Assembly: GCA_027460535.1 (NCBI GenBank)
Contig: JAPZAR010000008.1
Coordinates: forward strand, 1-32,000
DNA from: Candidatus Methanoperedens sp.
Lineage (GTDB): Archaea > Halobacteriota > Methanosarcinia > Methanosarcinales > Methanoperedenaceae
Direction: 5' to 3'
Length of the DNA: 32,000 nucleotides
Shown in pieces: positions 1 through 6,428 of the stretch. Under the pieces are notes generated by a model that saw only the letters and a list, made by a program, of their open reading frames with translations, was not told the DNA's origin and ran no database searches. The position numbers and the translations under genes were made by a program. Every line of letters begins with the position of its first letter. Position 1 is the first letter of the stretch.

Positions 1-55
1 CAGGCAAATCTTTAATACTTTGAAAGTCTTAACCTTATTTTGCCTACGGGCCTTG

Positions 56-100
56 GGGTTCAACCGTACTTTAGTAGGTTCAGTTGAACCCTACGTTTTT
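56..100 (+). terminator. Perfect 9-bp inverted repeat hairpin followed by a T5 run
   Basis: GGGTTCAAC (56-64) pairs with GTTGAACCC (83-91) across an 18-nt loop, and TTTTT follows at 96-100. It lies in AT-rich non-coding sequence, and any upstream gene would be outside the window. Confidence 0.3.
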
Positions 101-531
101 CATGGTCAGTAAAATCCAGTTGTTAGAGTTATTATCTTTCAAACTGCCACTTTACCACCATTTGTGTACAGGATTTATTCATCTGTACGCCAAGTTATTT
201 TCATGTAATGTATATAAATTTATCGTTTTTATCGTGTTTAATCAGTTAAATGTGAAAAAGAAATCTTTAATATTAAAAAAAGTATCAATTACAAAAATGG
301 TTACTAAACGAAAAAAATGCGAGGAGTTGAAATTTTCAAAAACAATCCATACATTTCAATCCTTAAATTAAAAGGAAGTATCGTTGACATTTCCGTGGTA
401 GCGGTAACATGCGCTTTTCTGGGAGTCTGGGATTACAGGGCAGCCTTTGCAATCCTTGCGGGAATTATGATTCACAGCGGGTATTGACTGTTCCGAATAT
501 TATTATATTACTGATTAAGATGGAAGTATAT

Positions 532-1050
532 CTAAACTGATGAATTTTGCAATTCTTTTAATACATCAGACGTAACGGATCCAATCTGGAACATTTCTTT
601 CAATTTTTTAATTGCAGGCTTATCGATGAAAAAATCACTTATTGTTCTGTATTTATTAATAAGCAGACTTACTTTGATATCAGGATATATGCTGACAAGA
701 TAATTCTTGCAATAGACCGCAGCATCCTGGTCAGATGTTGCTCTTCCGATTATTATCGCCATCGTTTTATCACCGAAACAGTGGAAGACATCCTTAAGGA
801 TTACACAACCTGAGATTGTCTCCTTTACAACAATATCTCCTTGCTGCTGCATGGTGCGTGTGTGATATGCCGCAGAATTCCCGTCTTTGAATTTCAATAT
901 TTTTGCAAGCTCCGCATTGGTGATCGTACTGTCGGCAAGCAGGGTCAGCAAGATGAACATATCGGTTTCGTTTAAATGCGATACTTCGGATATTATTTGT
1001 GCGATTTTATTAACTCTGTCTGGAATTATTTCATTCATTATAATGCACAT
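532..1050 (-). CDS. Winged-helix DNA-binding protein with an uncharacterised C-terminal domain
   Basis: 172-aa ORF. The N-terminal segment TDMFILLTLLADSTITNAELAKILKFKDGNSAAYHTRTMQQQGDIVVKE looks like a MarR/ArsR-type wHTH. The true start may be the internal MNEIIP Met at 1038. Confidence 0.5.
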   Translation of the reverse strand: MCIIMNEIIPDRVNKIAQIISEVSHLNETDMFILLTLLADSTITNAELAKILKFKDGNSAAYHTRTMQQQGDIVVKETISGCVILKDVFHCFGDKTMAIIIGRATSDQDAAVYCKNYLVSIYPDIKVSLLINKYRTISDFFIDKPAIKKLKEMFQIGSVTSDVLKELQNSSV

Positions 1051-1142
1051 ACTAATTATTCGTTTAACTAAAATAAGTTTTCGTTTAGAAAGGTAACTCG
1101 CGCCCTATTTCATGCTTCATCCTTCTTTCGCGAAACCACTTT

Positions 1143-1460
1143 TCACAAAAAATCATCCATCAGCTTGCTTATATCAACATGGTCATTCAGCTCCAGCAGA
1201 TTACTCTTTTCTTCTGAAGCTGCATGCCATTTTCGGCTTTTCGACAATTTCCACACTATCTGTCTGCCATCAGCTTCACAGGATAACTGATGGATGATGT
1301 GGACTTATCATTGGTAATATCACTTTCCATGATTTGTCTACCCGATGTCCCTGAATGGCCGATTCTGCTAAGTGCCCATGAAAGCATGATTGCAATTGCA
1401 TCCAGAACAGTTGATTTTCCAGAGCCGTACGCGCCAACAAAGACCTTAAGTTTCGGATCT
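1143..1460 (-). pseudogene. Decayed P-loop ATPase gene (OLD/AAA_15/RecF-like Walker A), truncated at the 5' end, with a premature in-frame stop and a frame change
   Basis: The 84-aa ORF carries LKVFVGAYGSGKSTVLDAIAIM (Walker A GxxGSGKST) but lacks the usual ~25 aa before it. Its only start codon lies inside tRNA-derived sequence. The frame stops at 1256, and a second frame (1143-1255) reads VWKLSKSRKWHAASEEKSNLLELNDHVDISKLMDDFL-stop. Confidence 0.55.
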
Positions 1461-1509
1461 AAGGGGCTGGTCTCGTAGGAGTTCGTGGGTTCAAATCCCA
1501 TCCTCCGCA
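1459..1509 (+). tRNA. 3' fragment of a tRNA (anticodon-loop remnant to discriminator base), not a functional gene; probable att-site remnant
   Basis: T arm GTGGG-TTCAAAT-CCCAT (1485-1501), 3' acceptor strand CCTCCGC (1502-1508) and discriminator A (1509). A 17-nt variable region (1468-1484) with a CTC/GAG mini-stem suggests a class II tRNA. CTAA at 1459-1462 fits the end of an NCU anticodon loop, so tRNA-Ser(GCU) is a tentative identity. The complementary 5' acceptor strand GCGGAGG is absent from the preceding 200 nt. Confidence 0.65.
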
Positions 1510-1510
1510 T

Positions 1511-2017
1511 CTATACATTCTCATTCTGATAGATCCCGCAATATCCTTCCCTCACTTCTTCATCAAGCCTGAAAAACAGAAGCTGCAGAACTCGGGCATT
1601 TTTCTTGATCTTGAACCCTTTTTCATTATAAACAACAAGAAGGCTCTCACTCCTCCCGCTGTAGCCAGCATCCCAGACGGCGGTCTCCACTGTCACGCCG
1701 CACCTGAGGAGACTTGAGCGCGGTTTTGCGATCGCGGCTATGTTTTTAGGAATATTTACGACTTCATTGAAAACGATTTTATAAACGCCTTTGGGCAAAT
1801 GAACCCATCCTTCGTTATCAAAATCAATCTTGTTGGTTGGCGGGAGTTTTCGCTCGGAATTATCAAATGCCACCGCACCAGAACCATCATAGACCTCTAT
1901 GCGCTGCAGTGAGAGTTCAACACCGTTTGGCTGCACCTGTGCCTTCGGGTCTATCATTTGGTCGATAAGGGGCGGCTTATTATTGATCAAAGAAATTAAT
2001 TCATCGTGAGAAAGCAC
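1511..2017 (-). CDS. dut: dUTP diphosphatase, archaeal dCTP deaminase/dUTPase family
   Basis: 168 aa. Motifs QPNGVELSL, KPRSSLLRCGV, AVWDAGYSGRSE and NARVLQLLFF match archaeal Dut/Dcd-family proteins, and the size fits dUTPase. Confidence 0.85.
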   Translation of the reverse strand: MLSHDELISLINNKPPLIDQMIDPKAQVQPNGVELSLQRIEVYDGSGAVAFDNSERKLPPTNKIDFDNEGWVHLPKGVYKIVFNEVVNIPKNIAAIAKPRSSLLRCGVTVETAVWDAGYSGRSESLLVVYNEKGFKIKKNARVLQLLFFRLDEEVREGYCGIYQNENV

Positions 2018-2088
2018 AAGAACACAATTGGAGGATGATAGGATAAATATTGCTAACCAAAAAAAGAGAGGGAGTTCTCCCTCAAAGC

Positions 2089-2574
2089 TTACGGGTCCAC
2101 CTTAATGTGTCCTCCCATCAGCACATCACCACCCTTATATTTGAGCACTGGTATGAATATCATGAAAGTACCTGCACCTTTCTTGCCTGCCGTCACGATG
2201 ACTTCATACGGTAGCATCATTTTTGCTCCGGTGGCATCGGTAACTTTCGCCATTCCGCTGAAGGTCGCCGTCCCTGCTAATTTATCAATAACAAGCATTG
2301 TGACATTTCCTTTGACCTTAATATTGGCGCCATGGTCATAGTATTTCAGGTTTCCTTCTATCTTGGTGCCCTTCTTGTCTGGAATGTTTTTGGCTTCGAA
2401 CCCAAAGGTTGATTTGTTATCGGGAACAGTACTATTGATCCAGCCTCCACCCTTGGTTTCCATTTTTTCTTTTTTTTCTGGTTTTGCTGCCTTTGCCATT
2501 GTTGTGGGGACTACAAAAGCCGCAACCACAATTAGTGCTAACAGCAACGCAACTGTCCTGGTTCCTAATCTCAT
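2089..2574 (-). CDS. Secreted or membrane-anchored protein of unknown function
   Basis: 161 aa. N-terminal signal/anchor MRLGTRTVALLLALIVVAAFVVPTTMA, then a Lys/Glu-rich linker and a Gly/Lys-rich, probably beta-rich, domain. Confidence 0.6.
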   Translation of the reverse strand: MRLGTRTVALLLALIVVAAFVVPTTMAKAAKPEKKEKMETKGGGWINSTVPDNKSTFGFEAKNIPDKKGTKIEGNLKYYDHGANIKVKGNVTMLVIDKLAGTATFSGMAKVTDATGAKMMLPYEVIVTAGKKGAGTFMIFIPVLKYKGGDVLMGGHIKVDP

Positions 2575-2821
2575 TGTATTTTCCTCCCAAATTTTAAGTA
2601 TTTACCTTTCAAAGAGCGCTTTACGCGGAGCCCTCGACGCCTGATGCCTCAATGCCCTTATGAGCAAATCCCTATTCATCCAGGATATTTTAAAGCATTG
2701 AATAAGGTAGTTTGGATGGAAACCGCATATACCTTTAGGAAGGAGATGCATGTGCTGAAAGCATATGGAATTCATACATGGCAAAAAATCAAAGGTTATA
2801 AATAAGAATACTTAAAGTTAT

Positions 2822-3037
2822 ATGATTATTATTATGATTTTAATTGACAGAGTGCTGGAGTTGCTCCAAAATTCTCAATGGCACGACATTGAGGAGATAA
2901 AAAAGGAGATCTCTGCGCCTGAAGATACATTGAACGAGATCCTTAATTTCCTGCAAGGACAGGGATACATTATTAGAGAAAATGAAAAGCTGAGAATAAA
3001 ACCCAAAGGCTTAAGATTCCTGGAACTCCCAACCTAA
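2822..3037 (+). CDS. Small winged-helix protein
   Basis: 71 aa. IEEIKKEISAPEDTLNEILNFLQGQGYIIRENEKLRI resembles a minimal wHTH. The start may be an internal Met. Confidence 0.45.
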   Translation: MIIIMILIDRVLELLQNSQWHDIEEIKKEISAPEDTLNEILNFLQGQGYIIRENEKLRIKPKGLRFLELPT

Positions 3038-3315
3038 ACCAATTTTTTCACTTCATTCAATCTCCTGAACAGTTCCTTCCCTTTTTCAGTGAGTTCATAG
3101 TATTCATCCGGATTGGTTTTTGCTACAAAACCCTCCTCTAACAGGAAGTCAAAATATCTCTTAAAATTTCTCCAATCCAGATATGCCTTTTGCATAATTC
3201 GTGTCTTTTTTACATTATTTTCTTCCAGTATTATTCCCAGCACTTCGAGAATTATATCCCATCTGCTTCTTCCCTTCCTTTCTAAAATTATGATTTTTTT
3301 ATACCGCTCGTGCAT
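3034..3315 (-). CDS. Winged-helix DNA-binding protein (archaeal HTH_45-like)
   Basis: 93 aa. SRWDIILEVLGIILEENNVKKTRIMQKAYLDWRNFKRYFDFLLEEGFV matches the small archaeal wHTH family. The stop codon overlaps the stop of the convergent 2822-3037 ORF. Confidence 0.6.
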   Translation of the reverse strand: MHERYKKIIILERKGRSRWDIILEVLGIILEENNVKKTRIMQKAYLDWRNFKRYFDFLLEEGFVAKTNPDEYYELTEKGKELFRRLNEVKKLV

Positions 3316-3430
3316 TTTAAACCCATGTAATATTGGGCCAGAGCAAATCCTAATCTAACAAAGAACAAGGGATATGCAAATCTTGCCGCATAAACAACTC
3401 ATTAATGTAATCAGATACTATTTGATAGCA

Positions 3431-3679
3431 ATGACCACAATTGAACTTTATTATTCAGACACCTGCCATAACTGCCATCAATTAAGGGCGCTTATAATGG
3501 AAATTCTCCCCAAAAACATGAAATTCAAAGAAATTAACATCTCTTATCCAGAGGGACAGCGCAGGGCAAGCGAGCTCAATATAATGTCAGTTCCAACCGT
3601 TGCTATCGATGGAGAGGTTGTGTTTGTTGGAAGAGTTACAAAAGAGGAACTCTTAAGAGAGATTAATTTAAAAAAGTAA
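3431..3679 (+). CDS. Thioredoxin/glutaredoxin-fold CxxC protein
   Basis: From the internal Met the protein reads MTTIELYYSDTCHNCHQL...MSVPTVAIDGEVVFVGR: a CHNC redox motif plus the cis-Pro VP motif typical of small archaeal thioredoxin-like proteins. The longer 3374 start adds a non-homologous leader. Confidence 0.7.
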   Translation: MTTIELYYSDTCHNCHQLRALIMEILPKNMKFKEINISYPEGQRRASELNIMSVPTVAIDGEVVFVGRVTKEELLREINLKK

Positions 3680-3975
3680 ATATTTACTATACGCATCTTA
3701 TCATATTCGAATAAAACTCAATGCTATGCCTTTGAGAGAGAAGCCAGCAATTCCGTGTCAAGATATCGCGTAATGATTGAATTAGCAGGCATAGAGATTG
3801 CAGTTGAAATAAAACCGTAAATTTCCTCTACGTAATTACCTCGACCGTTAATTTTAAGCCCGTCTAAAAACTCTTGAATCAAAAATATCATCAAACAAAT
3901 CAAGCAATGACAGCAAAAACTACCTCTTCGAATCTCAACGAGGAATTAAGTCATTAAGTCACGTAGGAGCTGAGC

Positions 3976-5166
3976 ATGGAAGATCTGAAAAAATACAAGA
4001 ATGTCATGCGGGGAATCTCCGAAACTTACGTCAATGTGCACCCCATCCAGCGCGGCGGCGTGCTGACCGGAGAGGCGAGAAAAGCCCTCCTGGAGTTCGG
4101 GGACGGCTATTCTGTGTGCGACTACTGCTTCGAGTCAAGAGTGGACCTTGTAGATAACCCGCCGGTACACGATTTGACACAGGATGTCGCAGAGTTCCTG
4201 AACATGGATGATGTCAGGTTCACCGCAGGATGCAGGCATGCGAAATGGGCTGCAATGCATATGGTATGCGAACCTGGAGATACTGTTGTTCTCGATTCCC
4301 TGGCACATTACACATCATATCTTGCAGCCGAGGCGAACAGGTTGAACGTTGTTGAAGTACCTCACAACGGCTACCCAAAATTCGAGATAGATATCGATGG
4401 CTATGCCGGTAAATTTGAGGAAGTGGAAAAAAAGACAGGAAAACTTCCGGCGATGGCTGTGCTCACCCATGTGGATTACAGGTACGGGAATGTGGCCGAT
4501 GCTGAAAAAGTTGGAAGGATATGCAAGGAATATGGCGTCCCGTTCCTTCTGAACACTGCTTACTCCTCAGGCATAATGCCAGTGGACGGCAAAAAACTCC
4601 ACGTGGATTTCCTGTGCGGCTCGGGTCACAAGAGCTGGGCTGCGTCCGCTCCCATGGGAATACTTGCCACCACGTATGAATGGACTAGCAAGGTATTCAA
4701 TAAATCAACCGTCAGGGGCGACTGGAGCGGCAGGGGGTTCACAAAAAAAGAGGTGGCCTTATTTGGATGCTCCCCGGTTTTTGGAGCACCGGTTGCCACA
4801 CTTATGGCATCATTCCCCGCTGTTGTTGAAAGGGTCAAACACTGGGATGAAGAGGTGAAGAAAGCGCAGTATTTTGTGGGGGAGCTTGAGAAGATCGATG
4901 GATTCCACCAGATGGGCGTCAAACCAAAACAGCACACTCTCATGAATTTTGAAAGCCTTCCCCTGCATGAGATCGCTGAAAAAGATAAACGACGGGGATA
5001 TTTCCTGTACCATGAATTAAAAAAGCGAAAGATAGTGGGGCTTCACCCGGGTATGAGCAAGAATTTCAAGATCAATACCTATGGTCTGAAATGGGAACAG
5101 ATAAAGTATGTCGCGGATGCATTCAAGGACATCGCGAGAACAAATGGAATAAGAGTTGAGGAATGA
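3976..5166 (+). CDS. pscS: O-phosphoseryl-tRNA(Cys):Cys-tRNA synthase (SepCysS), PLP-dependent
   Basis: 396 aa. N-terminal VNVHPIQRGGVLTGEARKAL, the PLP-lysine context GSGHKSWAASAP and the overall fold-type I length match SepCysS of methanogens and Archaeoglobus. An AGGAG RBS lies 7 nt upstream. Confidence 0.8.
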   Translation: MEDLKKYKNVMRGISETYVNVHPIQRGGVLTGEARKALLEFGDGYSVCDYCFESRVDLVDNPPVHDLTQDVAEFLNMDDVRFTAGCRHAKWAAMHMVCEPGDTVVLDSLAHYTSYLAAEANRLNVVEVPHNGYPKFEIDIDGYAGKFEEVEKKTGKLPAMAVLTHVDYRYGNVADAEKVGRICKEYGVPFLLNTAYSSGIMPVDGKKLHVDFLCGSGHKSWAASAPMGILATTYEWTSKVFNKSTVRGDWSGRGFTKKEVALFGCSPVFGAPVATLMASFPAVVERVKHWDEEVKKAQYFVGELEKIDGFHQMGVKPKQHTLMNFESLPLHEIAEKDKRRGYFLYHELKKRKIVGLHPGMSKNFKINTYGLKWEQIKYVADAFKDIARTNGIRVEE

Positions 5167-5167
5167 A

Positions 5168-5290
5168 ATGAAATACTCTGAACTGTCCCACCCCGAGTCG
5201 CGCCTCGGGAGGGCGCATACACGTATGCCCTTCGGGCATACATGGATTCAATTATTGAACCATAAGGTTAACCTACACGGAGAATTATAA
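5168..5290 (+). CDS. Possible 40-codon upstream ORF created by the duplication (speculative)
   Basis: ATG at 5168 reads MKYSELSHPESRLGRAHTRMPFGHTWIQLLNHKVNLHGEL. Its TAA (5288-5290) overlaps the ATG of the DUF169 gene as TAATG. It is below the ORF-track size cutoff and there is no evidence of translation. Confidence 0.2.
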   Translation: MKYSELSHPESRLGRAHTRMPFGHTWIQLLNHKVNLHGEL

Positions 5291-5310
5291 TGAAATACGC
5301 TGAACTGTCA
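5168..5310 (+). repeat. 21-nt direct repeat (19/21 identical) that duplicates the start of the DUF169 gene and flanks a GC-rich hairpin-forming insert
   Basis: ATGAAATACTCTGAACTGTCC (5168-5188) versus ATGAAATACGCTGAACTGTCA (5290-5310). Between them are hairpins CCCGAG/CTCGGG (5192-5197/5204-5209) and GTATGCC/GGCATAC (5223-5229/5235-5241), plus competing partners GCGCC/GGCGC (5200-5204/5211-5215) and GCATAC (5215-5220). Confidence 0.85.
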
Positions 5311-6306
5311 ACCAAATTCAGGAAATTTTTTGAACTGCCTTCGTCGCCAGTGGCCGTGAGAATCATCAGTGATGGCTCTCAGGAGCAGAAAACCGGAACA
5401 CAGCCAATGCGATTCTGCGAAATGGTACGGCGAAGCGCGGTTTATGGCGAGAGTTTCATTTTTGGGGTTGAGGAGCTCACGTGCACGAGCGCTGAACTTG
5501 CGCTCGGATTCACTGAACCGTCGTACGGAGAAATCTATCCGCGGATAAAGCCTGCAAACACGAAATTCGTGAGCGTATCGCCGCTTGAAAAGACGGACAA
5601 GAAACCCGACGTGGTAATAATAGTGAGCACCCCCCGCAAAATAATGCGCGTTTCGACCATACTTTCCCAGCTGCACCAAAAACAGCCTGTGGAAGCGAAA
5701 TTCAAAGGTGAGTTCGCAGTGTGCGGAGAATGCACGGCAATACCCTATATGGAGAAAAAAGTCAACATGTCCCTTCTCTGTAACGGCGCAAGGATGTTTT
5801 CGGGTTACAGGGATGACGAGATAGTCATGGGATTTCCACTGGATGATTTTATCCGGATATCAGAGAGCACGGAAGAGAAAGAAATAACTAGTGCACTTTG
5901 CGGTTGTATCATGGACGACATCCCGGCAAATGCCGTTGCTGCAATAGAGAAGATAGGATTCGGAAAAGGGACGGACCAGTTCTTTGGAAGATTTGGTGAG
6001 GAGATAATACGGCTTTACACACCAAAAGACAAGGAGGGTAAGATCACTTCCCTGACGCTGCATGTGCCTGTAAAATTCAAGGATGACGCCACTGCCAGGG
6101 TGGTGAATGAAAAAGTGCATGAGTTCCTGCAACCGCCTGTTCTTCACAGGGTAAGGGATAACTGGGTGGACATCGCGCTGCCTTTAGATCTGGGAGAAAC
6201 CCTCAACAGGGCAAGCTTGAAGGGCAATAAATTCGAAGCGTTGGTCAAAGGCGGTATAGATACATTATTGAAGGAAGTCGAAAAGGTGAAGAGGAAAGCG
6301 GTTTAG
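5290..6306 (+). CDS. DUF169 (COG2043) family protein with a ~100-aa C-terminal extension
   Basis: 338 aa. The N-terminal two thirds (PVAVRII...MRFCEMV...LTCTSAELALGF...AVCGECTAIPY...LLCNGARMFSG) resemble the Cys-rich DUF169 family. The C-terminal part is unassigned. Confidence 0.6.
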   Translation: MKYAELSTKFRKFFELPSSPVAVRIISDGSQEQKTGTQPMRFCEMVRRSAVYGESFIFGVEELTCTSAELALGFTEPSYGEIYPRIKPANTKFVSVSPLEKTDKKPDVVIIVSTPRKIMRVSTILSQLHQKQPVEAKFKGEFAVCGECTAIPYMEKKVNMSLLCNGARMFSGYRDDEIVMGFPLDDFIRISESTEEKEITSALCGCIMDDIPANAVAAIEKIGFGKGTDQFFGRFGEEIIRLYTPKDKEGKITSLTLHVPVKFKDDATARVVNEKVHEFLQPPVLHRVRDNWVDIALPLDLGETLNRASLKGNKFEALVKGGIDTLLKEVEKVKRKAV

Positions 6307-6428
6307 GATATAAATATTTATTGAAAATTCTAGCAAACAGTTTTATCCCTGCAATACAATTAAGTACAGGAATATATAAAGGCATATAATTATTGGATTA
6401 TTCAAATATATCTGAGGGGATATAAAAA

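Noticed and set aside
84-371. 95-aa ORF in the ORF track
   Set aside because: It is extremely AT-rich, with a low-complexity Lys/Phe/Ile-rich translation, no RBS and no recognisable motif. It looks like a chance ORF in non-coding DNA.
1290-1510. Possibility of an intact tRNA gene, perhaps intron-containing
   Set aside because: The 5' acceptor strand GCGGAGG and a D arm are absent from the 200 nt upstream, and the anticodon loop is broken (GATCTAA). Only the 3' portion is tRNA-like.
2602-2784. 60-aa minus-strand ORF in the 2575-2821 intergenic region
   Set aside because: It has no RBS, an odd Cys/His/Met-rich composition and no motif. The region is better explained as the divergent promoter spacer between the secreted-protein gene and the small wHTH gene.
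3374-3430. 19-codon N-terminal extension of the thioredoxin-fold ORF
   Set aside because: Homologous small thioredoxin-like proteins start right before the first beta strand (MTTIELYY). The extension has no signal-peptide or other features.
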